Of a stretch of 64,000 bases of DNA, positions 10,743 through 20,000 are shown one piece after another. This stretch comes from a virus. The DNA is taken from the IMG/VR virus record IMGVR_UViG_3300045988_133728, positions 37,250 through 101,249 of that record; one strand, given 5' to 3'. Positions within the stretch are counted from its first letter, which is position 1. Every line of letters begins with the position of its first letter. The position numbers and the translations under genes were made by a program. The notes below the pieces were generated by a model, which saw only the letters and a program-made list of their open reading frames with translations, had not been told where the DNA came from and searched no databases.

Positions 10743-10771
10743 TTATGGGTGTCAAATGTCAGATAGAAAAA
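10743..10771 (+). repeat. repeat X, copy 2 (authentic start of the 752-aa gene)
   Basis: See copy 1. Confidence 0.8.
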
Positions 10772-13003
10772 AAGGAAAATGAAATAAAACGGGTTAAGGC
10801 TCCTAACGGGGAGCCTTCCGTTCTTTACGAAAGTGCCTTAAAATTATTAGGAAACAGCGAGCGGGCCCTTCAGGTATGGGCTAAGGCTTACACTCCTGGT
10901 TTTTTGTCGTATTACGGTCATTGGAATAACCCGGCTCCAGGGGAGATGTTTAATACCGATTCCAATGGTGAACCTCTTTTAGAAGACGTGCTGTCGTATA
11001 TGAAGCGTCAAACTTATTTTGCCGATCCTCTAACGGATCAGGATGTTAAGGATGTAAGAGATTTTCTTTTATCTACCTATGGTGTTTATACGGCACCATC
11101 ATTATCCAACATCATTCTTCATTATTTTTATGTAGATGGTAGTTTGATACTGAATGAGCAGAATTTAAGAAGATCAGGCTTGTATAATGAAACAGAGATA
11201 AGTAGAATCTTATCTGATCCTTCTGTTCTTAATGAAGTTTCGACATCCATGAGGGAGTTATTGGATTATTCCAATAACGAACATGATAGGGAAAAAGATA
11301 ATTATTTTATGTCTGTTGACTATCAGTATGGTCCTATTGTTTACAAGGAGGGAGTGTTTAACCAATTTGGTAAAAAAGTACCATATAATCCTTCTGAGCT
11401 TTATTATGCTATGCGTAAAACAGTAGCCGGCATAAAAAAATTTTCTGAATTTTCATCTGCTTTTGAATCGTTGAGAAACTCATATCCTGAACTGGTTGAG
11501 AAATTTGTTTCTGATAAAGAATTTGCCGAATCTATGTTTGATGAGTTTTTATCTACGAATAAGATTCCGGTAATAAACATAGAAGGGGATGATGTGGTAG
11601 AAGGCAAGAGAAGATCCTTGTCTAAGCTACAAGATCTGTCTTATTACAATCCTGGCAAAATAGAGTTCCTAAGAGCTCGTATATCAGCTTATTTAAATAG
11701 GGCTAACGCTGACACCGAATCTGATTTAAGAAGCATGATATGGGATATAGAAGAGGCTTGTACGTGGTTTGGCATAGATATAATAGGGGCGTCAGAAACT
11801 TATGATGGCACAGAAGAATCTTTGAATAAGATAGATAATTTGATGCTGGATCTTGATATTTATGTGGCCAGGCACAATGATGTAAATTATGCTCCTACGT
11901 TGGCATCTTCTATTGATGATGTTCTTGGTGATAGTACAGACTATTATTTTGGATTATTGCCGGAGTATATGGATAATTTGAATATCGTTTATTCTGAATC
12001 AAATATAGACCCAGTAGAAGCATTTGAGAAACATTCATTGCTTAAGGTAGGAGATAATCTATATCAAAGGATCAGCAAAGATGATCTTAACGAGATGTAT
12101 CAAATATCAACAGTGTTAGCCAAGCACAACCTAACTCACTTTCCTGCTAAAATATATCCTGAATCTTGTTTTAAGAACGGCGTTTTGGATAAAGAGAAAG
12201 TACGGAACGTAGATAATAATACGCTCATGGATTCCATTAAAAAATACGTCAGATCGTTCATGGATTCTCAGAACACGGAGGACATGATAATGACCAGGAT
12301 GGCGTTTGGGCACCCGGCGGTACTTGATGTTTCTTACGCGGATGTGGATCGGGAATTTAGTCGGTACATGAACAAAAAACAAGATAGCGAAAACCCATTA
12401 TCCTTATTCGATTTATACCAATATTACCTTGACAACAAACTCCATAAAACAAAATTATATGATAATGCCTATAAGTATCTTGACTTCAAATCTGGTCCAT
12501 CTTTGGGTCTTATTTCTGATGATCCTGATATTTTGAAATCAATAGAATTATCTTTATCTGGAAAAGACAGGTTGATGTTGTTTGATTATAGCATGACCAG
12601 TACCGACCCTTCTTTATCAGAATTGTTTTATTTGGATAGGTATGACCCTTCGTATGCCGGGAATGATTTTGAACACTATTTTTACACCAGGCACCCGTAT
12701 TTGTTAAAAGAAAAATCGGGCCCTAATATCGTAGAGCAAGATGGTGTTATAACAGCCGAAGGTATTTATGATAATTTTATAAGAGTAGGTAATAAGATAT
12801 GGTCTAAAGTAAGCGAGAGTAGTTCCGGCTCTATCTACCAAAATCTGACAGGAACCGAATCGGAGGTGAAATACGATTCTACCCAGAAGGCTAAGACAGT
12901 AGAAACCGATTACGCTCCATACCAAAACAGATCTGGCTTGACGCAAGATATGACCATAAGCAAGTCTGAATTGGATGATCTTAACAAATTAGAATGCAAA
13001 TAA
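10745..13003 (+). CDS. hypothetical protein (752 aa)
   Basis: A long ORF with an ATG start. Its first 27 nt (ATGGGTGTCAAATGTCAGATAGAAAAA) are duplicated at 10095-10121. A hairpin terminator follows it. Confidence 0.65.
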   Translation: MGVKCQIEKKENEIKRVKAPNGEPSVLYESALKLLGNSERALQVWAKAYTPGFLSYYGHWNNPAPGEMFNTDSNGEPLLEDVLSYMKRQTYFADPLTDQDVKDVRDFLLSTYGVYTAPSLSNIILHYFYVDGSLILNEQNLRRSGLYNETEISRILSDPSVLNEVSTSMRELLDYSNNEHDREKDNYFMSVDYQYGPIVYKEGVFNQFGKKVPYNPSELYYAMRKTVAGIKKFSEFSSAFESLRNSYPELVEKFVSDKEFAESMFDEFLSTNKIPVINIEGDDVVEGKRRSLSKLQDLSYYNPGKIEFLRARISAYLNRANADTESDLRSMIWDIEEACTWFGIDIIGASETYDGTEESLNKIDNLMLDLDIYVARHNDVNYAPTLASSIDDVLGDSTDYYFGLLPEYMDNLNIVYSESNIDPVEAFEKHSLLKVGDNLYQRISKDDLNEMYQISTVLAKHNLTHFPAKIYPESCFKNGVLDKEKVRNVDNNTLMDSIKKYVRSFMDSQNTEDMIMTRMAFGHPAVLDVSYADVDREFSRYMNKKQDSENPLSLFDLYQYYLDNKLHKTKLYDNAYKYLDFKSGPSLGLISDDPDILKSIELSLSGKDRLMLFDYSMTSTDPSLSELFYLDRYDPSYAGNDFEHYFYTRHPYLLKEKSGPNIVEQDGVITAEGIYDNFIRVGNKIWSKVSESSSGSIYQNLTGTESEVKYDSTQKAKTVETDYAPYQNRSGLTQDMTISKSELDDLNKLECK

Positions 13004-13048
13004 TTTTTGTATATATATAATATAGTTTTTTCATAGTTATAATTTGGG

Positions 13049-13080
13049 AAGTGAGGCTTGTGAAAGTCTCACTTTTCTCA
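13049..13080 (+). terminator. rho-independent terminator
   Basis: A 7-bp stem aagtgag/ctcactt with a 12-nt loop is followed by TTTTCTCA, 45 nt after the stop of the 752-aa gene. Confidence 0.45.
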
Positions 13081-13713
13081 TATATGCACGTATATCAATA
13101 ACATACAAGAAAAGTTAGATTTTCATTGTTTATGAATTATTTTTATTAAGTTTGCAATATTAGTTTCAGGAAGGGATTATAGAAATAGGAAAAAGTAAGA
13201 ACCGGACGTAACTAATAACAGTAGGAAATGAGAATCAGTACCATCAAACGTAATAACAGCATTCATCTTATGTATAAAAACATTATGAATGATTTAGGTC
13301 AATTAAGAACTGTAGTTTCAAAATCCTATATTTATAATCTGATACAAAATCAAACCGGATTAAGTATCAGAACTATATCCCATGTCTCGAATCATACAAA
13401 AGAACAGGATACAGATTCTTTGTGAAAGGCATACATTTTCATATATTTGTGTGTTCTTTAGTTTTTAGATTTAAGTTTTTTCATGGTATTAGTTTAGATT
13501 AGTGTAGATCAGGGTTAGCAGTGATGCGGGCCCTGGTTTGATTTAAAAAGTATTAAAATATTTGCTATTTAAAATCCTGTTCCTATCTTTGCTCCAGAAA
13601 CAATGAACAACGAGATCCCACCTCTGGTTGTTTGATGTTGAAAGATATTTTTGGCTCATTAGGGTTTGTCATAGTGGGATCTGACATTCTCTTTTGGGCC
13701 TATTTTTTTTATC

Positions 13714-14598
13714 ATGGATAAAGTTTCTGTTTTTGAAAGTTCGGATTTTGGAGAGCTTAGAATTATTGTAGATCCAAAAGGAGATGTTTGGTTTGTGGCG
13801 TCAGATGTGGCTAAATCTCTTGGATATATAAATGCTAAAGATGCGGTAAAAAGACATGTAGATGATGATGATTCTATGCTTTTGCAAGTATCTGATAATC
13901 AATGGGGCGTAAAACGATCTATATTGAAAACCAGATATATAGATAGTATAAGAATAATTAATGAATCTGGTTTATATTCTCTTATATTATCTTCAAAATT
14001 AGAGTCTGCTAAGAGATTTAAGAAATGGGTAACATCTGAGGTTCTTCCTTCTATTCGTAAAACAGGAGAATATAAAACAAGTTCCGGTGGAAAGGGAATT
14101 TTGGTCCCTGACTTTTCTAATCCGGCAGATGCAGCAAGAGCCTGGGCTGATCAGTATGAAGCTGCTCAGAGAGCTATAGCCGAAAAGTCGCAGGCAGAGG
14201 CAGAGAAGCAACAAGCTTTGAAAACAATAGAAGAACACAAGCCCGATGTAGAATTTGCCGAGTCTTTTAGGAAAGTAGACCATAACAATATGTGGCTGAT
14301 TCGTGATATTGCAAAGAAGTTAGAGCAAAATGGTGTTATTATTGCTGAAAAGAATCTTCGCTCATTCCTTGAAGAAGCTAAATTCATGTTTAGGAACGGT
14401 CTTGGCAAATGGGAGCTATATAGCAATGTTGTAGTTAAAGGGTATGGAGTGTATAGGTCTTATTTCATAGACAAGTATTCTGGTGATAGAATCAATCAAC
14501 AAACCATATACATGACAGGCTCCGGATATGAAGTGACCTTAAATGGTATAAAAGGAAAACTCAAAAATGTGTTTCTAAAATATGGCAAGTTTGCTTAA
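13714..14598 (+). CDS. Bro-N domain protein (phage anti-repressor-like) with a C-terminal extension
   Basis: The N-terminus FESSDFGELRIIVDPKGDVWFVASDVAKSLGY...ESGLYSLILSSKLESAKRFKKWVTSEVLPSIRKTGEY matches the conserved Bro-N (BRO family N-terminal) pattern. Confidence 0.7.
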   Translation: MDKVSVFESSDFGELRIIVDPKGDVWFVASDVAKSLGYINAKDAVKRHVDDDDSMLLQVSDNQWGVKRSILKTRYIDSIRIINESGLYSLILSSKLESAKRFKKWVTSEVLPSIRKTGEYKTSSGGKGILVPDFSNPADAARAWADQYEAAQRAIAEKSQAEAEKQQALKTIEEHKPDVEFAESFRKVDHNNMWLIRDIAKKLEQNGVIIAEKNLRSFLEEAKFMFRNGLGKWELYSNVVVKGYGVYRSYFIDKYSGDRINQQTIYMTGSGYEVTLNGIKGKLKNVFLKYGKFA

Positions 14599-14608
14599 GT
14601 TTATTTAC

Positions 14609-14650
14609 AGGTGGTGTTTTGAAAGAATAAAAAACACTACCTTTTTTTTG
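14609..14650 (+). terminator. strong rho-independent terminator
   Basis: An 11-bp stem ggtggtgtttt/aaaacactacc (one G-U pair) is followed by T8, 11 nt after the Bro-N stop. Confidence 0.6.
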
Positions 14651-14718
14651 TTTCTGTTTTTGCTGAAAATATTTCTCTTCTATAAGAAATAAACACACCT
14701 ATATTCCACCTTACAATC

Positions 14719-15783
14719 ATGAACTTTGTTACGTGCTTCATGCACGTATGTTTAACAATTAAATACTATAAAATTATGGGTGGTGATAAAATCGTCCTTT
14801 TAGATGGAGCCGGGGCTAACGGTGGTGGTGCAGCCACTAACGGTCTTCTTTCAATGATTCCCGGCATGTTTGCTAATTTGATAGGTGGTAATAAAATGGA
14901 TCCGAATCTGGTGGCGGCTTTGATGAACGGTCGTAACAACCAGGACGGTTTCGGTGGGGCTAACGGTTGGTGGCTCTGGATAATTGTTTTGTTCTGGCTG
15001 TGGGGTGGACGCGGCTTCGGTAACGGTTTTGGAAATGGCGGTGATTGTTGTGCCAATGGTTTGCCGGCTCAGTTGAATAACGATTACGGTCGTGAACTTT
15101 TGATGCAGGCAATTCAAGGTAATCGTAGCGCCATAGATCAGATTGCTTCTGCTTTGAACTGCTCTACTACTCAACTTCAGAACGCTATCTGCAACGTACA
15201 GGGTGCTATTGATAAAGTAGCTGGTCAGGTAGGTATGACTTCTCAGGCTGTTATCAACGCAGTTCAACAACAAGGTTGTGAAATAGGAAATCAAATCAGC
15301 TCTTGCTGCTGCAATCTGAGTTCGTTGATCAATCAAAGCACTTGCCAGACTCAGGGAATGATTACTCAGCAAGGTTTTGATAACCAGCTTCGCACGTTGG
15401 AACAAACCAATATCTTGCAGAACGGTCTCAACCAAGGTCTGGCTAACAATCGTGAGCAAGCTACAAGCCAATTCAATATCTTGTCTGCGAAACTTGACGC
15501 TCAAACCGTTATGATCAACGACAAATTCTGTCAGTTGGAAATGAGGGAGATGCAGAACACTATTGCTCAACTTCGTGAAGAAAAAGCGGCTTTGACAGCT
15601 TCGGCATTATCTCAGCAACAAACCCAGAATATCGTTGGTCAATTACGCCCGACGGCCGTCCCAGCCTACCCCTCTTGTTCTCCTTACCAGGCTTATTCTT
15701 GGGGACAGGTATTCGGAGGAGGTTACTGCAATAACGGATGTGGATGTAACAACGGATGTTGCAATAACAACGCTGCTGTCTGA
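14719..15783 (+). CDS. Gly/Gln/Cys-rich membrane protein
   Basis: It has a Gly/Asn-rich N-terminus and one very hydrophobic Trp-rich segment (WWLWIIVLFWLWGG). The middle is Gln/Asn-rich with coiled-coil character, and the tail is Cys-rich (GGGYCNNGCGCNNGCCNNNAAV). An alternative ATG at 14776 (MGGDK) sits 12 nt after the repeated 21-bp motif. Confidence 0.55.
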   Translation: MNFVTCFMHVCLTIKYYKIMGGDKIVLLDGAGANGGGAATNGLLSMIPGMFANLIGGNKMDPNLVAALMNGRNNQDGFGGANGWWLWIIVLFWLWGGRGFGNGFGNGGDCCANGLPAQLNNDYGRELLMQAIQGNRSAIDQIASALNCSTTQLQNAICNVQGAIDKVAGQVGMTSQAVINAVQQQGCEIGNQISSCCCNLSSLINQSTCQTQGMITQQGFDNQLRTLEQTNILQNGLNQGLANNREQATSQFNILSAKLDAQTVMINDKFCQLEMREMQNTIAQLREEKAALTASALSQQQTQNIVGQLRPTAVPAYPSCSPYQAYSWGQVFGGGYCNNGCGCNNGCCNNNAAV

Positions 15784-15806
15784 TTTTATTAAGAGAGGAG
15801 GCTAAT

Positions 15807-16220
15807 ATGGCTTGTGTTTCTAAAATAGGATCGTTGTATGAGATGGTTACGAAGAATGTTATTGTCAGTACGACAAATACAATCTTCGGTATTAACCCAC
15901 GGGCTTGGATCGCCCTTCCGTGTGAGGGTCTTATCCTTCTTAAGATAAGGCAAGTAGTCCCCACAGCCGGAAGTGCTCTACCGGTACAGATTGCGGTCCC
16001 GGCAAACAGCACAGTTTCAACAGTAGGAGCCGACACCTGTTGCTCGGTTACGGGAGTGAATGTCGTGAACCCTATTAACGTAGCTGTAACGGGTGCTGCT
16101 ATGGTAAATGGCACAGAACGCCTTCTGTACTTCAATAAAGTTCGTGGCGTGTTAAGATTAATGGATTGCTGTGTTCCAGTAGCGGCAGCCCAGGCGTCTG
16201 AAGTTAAAGCAGGTAAATGA
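15807..16220 (+). CDS. hypothetical protein
   Basis: ORF with AGGAGG 8 nt upstream, followed by a hairpin at 16228-16250. Confidence 0.45.
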   Translation: MACVSKIGSLYEMVTKNVIVSTTNTIFGINPRAWIALPCEGLILLKIRQVVPTAGSALPVQIAVPANSTVSTVGADTCCSVTGVNVVNPINVAVTGAAMVNGTERLLYFNKVRGVLRLMDCCVPVAAAQASEVKAGK

Positions 16221-16227
16221 TTTCAGT

Positions 16228-16258
16228 AGGGTGATGGAGATCATCACCCTATTTTCAC
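16228..16258 (+). terminator. putative terminator hairpin
   Basis: A 9-bp stem agggtgatg/catcaccct with loop gaga is followed by ATTTTCA (a weak T-run). Confidence 0.4.
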
Positions 16259-16270
16259 CTAAATAATATT

Positions 16271-16765
16271 TTGATCATGTTTTCAGATTTGAAGAAAGGG
16301 TTTCAGGTACATACCCTTGATACTAATACAGTACCTAAATACGAATTGGGAAAGGTAGTAGCCGTATCCGAACCCAGGTATCTTCCTCCTCAGCCGGGTC
16401 AGTATCAGGCGATGCAGACCCGCGTGGTGGATCTGACGGTAGAGCTCACTGGCGAAACCAAGACCTATACGGTTCCGGAATCCCAGAATGTGGCTAAGGC
16501 TATGGGTATAACATTATCTATCAGCATAGATCCGATTATGAACGAACTGAATGCTATAAAAAGCACCAGTCAAGACATAATAGACAGCGTAGATACCCAT
16601 CGTGCCAAGATAGAGGCTTGTGAATCTATATTAGAAGACATCAATCCGGCATTCAAACAAACGAGAGAGCAGGATCGTAAAATAGCTGGTATAGAAAATA
16701 AGGTGAATGACCTTACTGATTCATTCGAAGATTTAAAGAAGTTAATTGTAGAACGTTTGAAATAA
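16271..16765 (+). CDS. hypothetical protein
   Basis: ORF of 164 aa in the co-directional gene series. Confidence 0.55.
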   Translation: MIMFSDLKKGFQVHTLDTNTVPKYELGKVVAVSEPRYLPPQPGQYQAMQTRVVDLTVELTGETKTYTVPESQNVAKAMGITLSISIDPIMNELNAIKSTSQDIIDSVDTHRAKIEACESILEDINPAFKQTREQDRKIAGIENKVNDLTDSFEDLKKLIVERLK

Positions 16766-16772
16766 GTATAAT

Positions 16773-17150
16773 ATGATAGTATATGATTTAAATTCAGGAC
16801 ACAGAGAATATCCTGGATATGACGAGATAGAAGACAGACGAGGTGGAGGCAGAGGCAGAAGCCGTCGTTCTGATGGGACGTACATGGAGTACGGACATGG
16901 GTTCCTTCCTCCTTATGATCATTACGGTATGCATGAGAAGATGAAGGAAATGGAAGAACGCGAAAACGAGCTGGAAGAAAGGGAAAGAAGGCTTGAGGAG
17001 CGCGAACGTCGTCATGAAATGGAGGACCGGGAATACCGGAGGATGGGTTACGAATCCTACCCGACCGATTACTATGGAGACGACAGATACTACGGTGACG
17101 GACCTCAGATGCGTAGAGGTCGCGGACGTGGCAGAGGTCGTTCTTATTGA
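16773..17150 (+). CDS. low-complexity RG/RGG and Glu-Arg repeat protein
   Basis: It has RRGGGRGRSRRSDG near the N-terminus, a central E/R charge-repeat segment (ENELEERERRLEERERRHEMEDREYRR), and a C-terminal RRGRGRGRGRSY tail with Tyr/Gly/Asp repeats. Confidence 0.5.
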   Translation: MIVYDLNSGHREYPGYDEIEDRRGGGRGRSRRSDGTYMEYGHGFLPPYDHYGMHEKMKEMEERENELEERERRLEERERRHEMEDREYRRMGYESYPTDYYGDDRYYGDGPQMRRGRGRGRGRSY

Positions 17151-17243
17151 GGAGCAGACGCAGAGGATCCAGCTTATCAGAAATATGTAGATACTTACGG
17201 CTACCATTTTTCTAATGCTCTTGCTGATGAGGCGGTAAAGAAG

Positions 17244-17537
17244 ATGGTCAACGTCGATGGATCCAAGAGGATCTGGAAGCAGCCGGAAATAAAAGATATT
17301 TTTGAAAAGTGCGGAGCGAAGAAGCCGGATAAAGCGACATGGGGCGATGTCCAATATGTCTTTGCAATGTACTATTCGGATGGTTTTCCGAAGGTCTTCA
17401 AATGTGAGAACGAGTTGGTGAAAGCTACGTTAATGTATTTGGATGATCCGGATGCTCCCGAAGGAGTAGCCTTTATAAGATGGCTTGCCGTGCAAGATTA
17501 CCTCGGCGAAAAAATAAACTGGAAGGATCTGACCTGA
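17244..17537 (+). CDS. hypothetical protein
   Basis: ORF of 97 aa. Confidence 0.5.
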   Translation: MVNVDGSKRIWKQPEIKDIFEKCGAKKPDKATWGDVQYVFAMYYSDGFPKVFKCENELVKATLMYLDDPDAPEGVAFIRWLAVQDYLGEKINWKDLT

Positions 17538-17702
17538 GATCCAGGCCCAGGCCCTTCCGGTGGTGCGGGAGCCATAGTAAAAAATATGATTCCCGCATTC
17601 CCGTTTTTCCCGTTTGGAAAAAAAGGAATAAAAATGTTATACCGGTCGGCGGGCAATAGAATACCCGTGGCCGGTTTGTTTCACATAACTTTTTTTTTGG
17701 AT

Positions 17703-17879
17703 ATGAATATGGCACACGAATCTAAATCAAATAAAACCCCATTGTATTTAATAGGAGAGTTGATTGGCGTACCGAATACGGTTATGGACTCAGCATTGCA
17801 TGAACTGAAAGATAGAATAGACAAAGACCCTAAATATAAAGATGTTAAAAATTGGCTCGAATCTTTACCCAAGATCTGA
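17703..17879 (+). CDS. small hypothetical protein (start uncertain; the frame stays open back to 17586 through a T9 tract)
   Basis: The ORF ends immediately before a strong terminator hairpin. The upstream part of the frame contains a T9 tract and direct repeats that look intergenic. Confidence 0.35.
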   Translation: MNMAHESKSNKTPLYLIGELIGVPNTVMDSALHELKDRIDKDPKYKDVKNWLESLPKI

Positions 17880-17903
17880 ACCTATTTTTTTTTCAATACC
17901 AGG

Positions 17904-17938
17904 CCCGATGCGATTTTAACGTATCGGGTTTTTATTTT
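17904..17938 (+). terminator. strong rho-independent terminator
   Basis: A 9-bp stem cccgatgcg/cgtatcggg (one G-U pair) with loop attttaa is followed by TTTTTATTTT. Confidence 0.55.
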
Positions 17939-18008
17939 AATTCATATTGTTTTATTTTAAATCTAATTAATTCATGAATGTCGTACTTTTGTTGAAAAAG
18001 TATTCTAT

Positions 18009-18236
18009 ATGGAAAATAAGGAAGATTACGTTGGTTACGAAGATCAAGAACTGTGTAACCGGTATTACAAAGAGGCTGAAGCCATGAGGCAAAAGCAGGA
18101 CTGGTCTCGGCTTAGGGCTGTCCCTGCTCCGGCCAAGGGAACGCCATCGCCCGGCTGGGGTCAGCTTGGACGTGGAAATGATGTCCGTGTTAAGTACGTT
18201 AGCATCAATTCAGGATTAGGAGGGGACAGATTATGA
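18009..18236 (+). CDS. hypothetical protein
   Basis: ORF of 75 aa. Confidence 0.4.
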   Translation: MENKEDYVGYEDQELCNRYYKEAEAMRQKQDWSRLRAVPAPAKGTPSPGWGQLGRGNDVRVKYVSINSGLGGDRL

Positions 18237-18448
18237 CTGTAGAAGAATTGGCTAATAAAAGATACAGTGGCGAATTTGTTTTCATGCTTGGTCATTTGGA
18301 AGGTATAACAAGATTCGTTTTTGAATGTTTTGATCCCAGACCTGATCACGAAGGTAAAAATACTTATATGGTTTCCTATTTTGATAAGGGACTTCGTAGA
18401 AGAGATGTGGTAGATGTGCCATGTTATATGAATGTTTTAGCAAAATAA
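18233..18448 (+). CDS. hypothetical protein
   Basis: ORF of 71 aa whose start overlaps the previous stop (ATGA), consistent with coupling. Confidence 0.45.
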   Translation: MTVEELANKRYSGEFVFMLGHLEGITRFVFECFDPRPDHEGKNTYMVSYFDKGLRRRDVVDVPCYMNVLAK

Positions 18449-18468
18449 ATTAAAATATTGTAAATATC

Positions 18469-19101
18469 GTGGTTAGAATCGCATATTTCGGAACCGATGG
18501 CTGCCCTGGTTATCACGTTATTCCAATACGAGGTAAATTTACGGAAGAGGATGTTAAGGTAATAGAATCTGTAGATTGTGATGATTTCTATAAGGTGTTT
18601 GACGTTATGCGTTTTAAGATAGCTGAGTTTAAAGGATGGACGATATTTGGCATCCCGGTAAGCTTAGACGATCATAGACCTGGAAGCAAAACTGTTATTT
18701 TCATAGAAGGCAAAGCCGACGAATCCAATTTTGTGGAAGTCATACAAGAGTTTCCTTTTCTTGAAAAGAAAGTAAAGAAGCTTATTGAGCTATGCTATGA
18801 TGAAGAGTTGCTTACAACCGGTAAAATAAATCAAGATTTACCTAATAAGGAACAGTTTCAATTTACGTTAGACAAGGATGATATTATTAACATGATTAGG
18901 GGAGTCGATTTAGATCCTTATTCTGATGTGGCGAATGAAATGGAGAAAATCGGATTGGGATCATCATCTGATTCTTCATATGAGGGTCCCACATGGTCTT
19001 GGTTTGTTAACAAAGTAGAACTTTGGCAGAAGAATAATGTATGGGATAGTTTCTCCGCTGAGTTTTTGTGGGGTTTGTATTGTAGGATAAAGAAAGTATA
19101 G
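18469..19101 (+). CDS. hypothetical protein
   Basis: ORF of 210 aa, with a possible GTG start. Confidence 0.5.
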   Translation: MVRIAYFGTDGCPGYHVIPIRGKFTEEDVKVIESVDCDDFYKVFDVMRFKIAEFKGWTIFGIPVSLDDHRPGSKTVIFIEGKADESNFVEVIQEFPFLEKKVKKLIELCYDEELLTTGKINQDLPNKEQFQFTLDKDDIINMIRGVDLDPYSDVANEMEKIGLGSSSDSSYEGPTWSWFVNKVELWQKNNVWDSFSAEFLWGLYCRIKKV

Positions 19102-19124
19102 TAACAATTAATTTAAAACAAATC

Positions 19125-20000
19125 ATGGAATTAAAAGATTTTAAAGATGTGGTTAGAGTAATGACAAAAGAAGAGTTCGAATCAACAATCGAAGAAGATA
19201 TTAAATTCGTTGAGGGATTCAAGAATTTCTTAAAACATGATGATGCCACGAGGATAGTAGAGCATATCAAGTCTGTGTTAGAAGCATCAGTAGATTACTA
19301 CTATCCTAATCATCCTGAAGTAGAATTTGAAAAAGATTTTAATATACAATACGATGTCAATAATATCTTGAACAAATACGGCCACACCGAAATGGGTATG
19401 TATAAAATACAGCTCTATATAGAGAATATTTTGGGTAGTATTCAAAACAAGAAGCCTGTAGACGTGGGAGAAGTCTCTGACGGATACCACACTTTCAATG
19501 AATTGTATCGGTATCGCATGTTGTATAACGCTGCCTTCTTTAATCTATTAGCCAGAAGCGGACAGGTTGAAGTTTGCAAATCAAGGAGACACAGCGACGG
19601 AGAAAAATGCTTCGGTTCTGATGATTGGTTTATTGTGATGGCGATCCTGCCTACCGGTCAGGTATCTAATCACTATGAAAGCAAATACTGGGATTTGTTT
19701 GATGTTCCTGAAAGAGAAACCGCTTTCGAATACGATGGCCATACACCAAATGAAGCCGCCTACAGACTTGAAAAGTATCTCAAACTGCCTCGTCATGGCA
19801 TGACATTCGAAAAGGCTTTAGAACAGCTTAAATTAGGTCGTAAGATAAAAAGAATCGATTGGGGTAAAAAGTATATCTGTATGTTTATTGTAGAATCTGA
19901 CGTAAATATATTGATGGTAGATACAGGTCAAAAAGTAGCATCAAATTGGAATCCAACCGAACATGATATTATGTCTAATGACTGGGAGATTGCGGGATGA
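19125..20000 (+). CDS. hypothetical protein
   Basis: ORF of 291 aa. Confidence 0.55.
   Translation: MELKDFKDVVRVMTKEEFESTIEEDIKFVEGFKNFLKHDDATRIVEHIKSVLEASVDYYYPNHPEVEFEKDFNIQYDVNNILNKYGHTEMGMYKIQLYIENILGSIQNKKPVDVGEVSDGYHTFNELYRYRMLYNAAFFNLLARSGQVEVCKSRRHSDGEKCFGSDDWFIVMAILPTGQVSNHYESKYWDLFDVPERETAFEYDGHTPNEAAYRLEKYLKLPRHGMTFEKALEQLKLGRKIKRIDWGKKYICMFIVESDVNILMVDTGQKVASNWNPTEHDIMSNDWEIAG

Noticed and set aside
14766-17354. Long antisense ORFs (14851-15570 -, 15560-16135 -, 14766-15056 -, 16794-17354 -) overlapping the Gly/Gln-rich and RG-rich genes
   Set aside because: They lie opposite strongly compositionally biased sequence, have no start context and break the co-directional gene series, so they are treated as frame artefacts.
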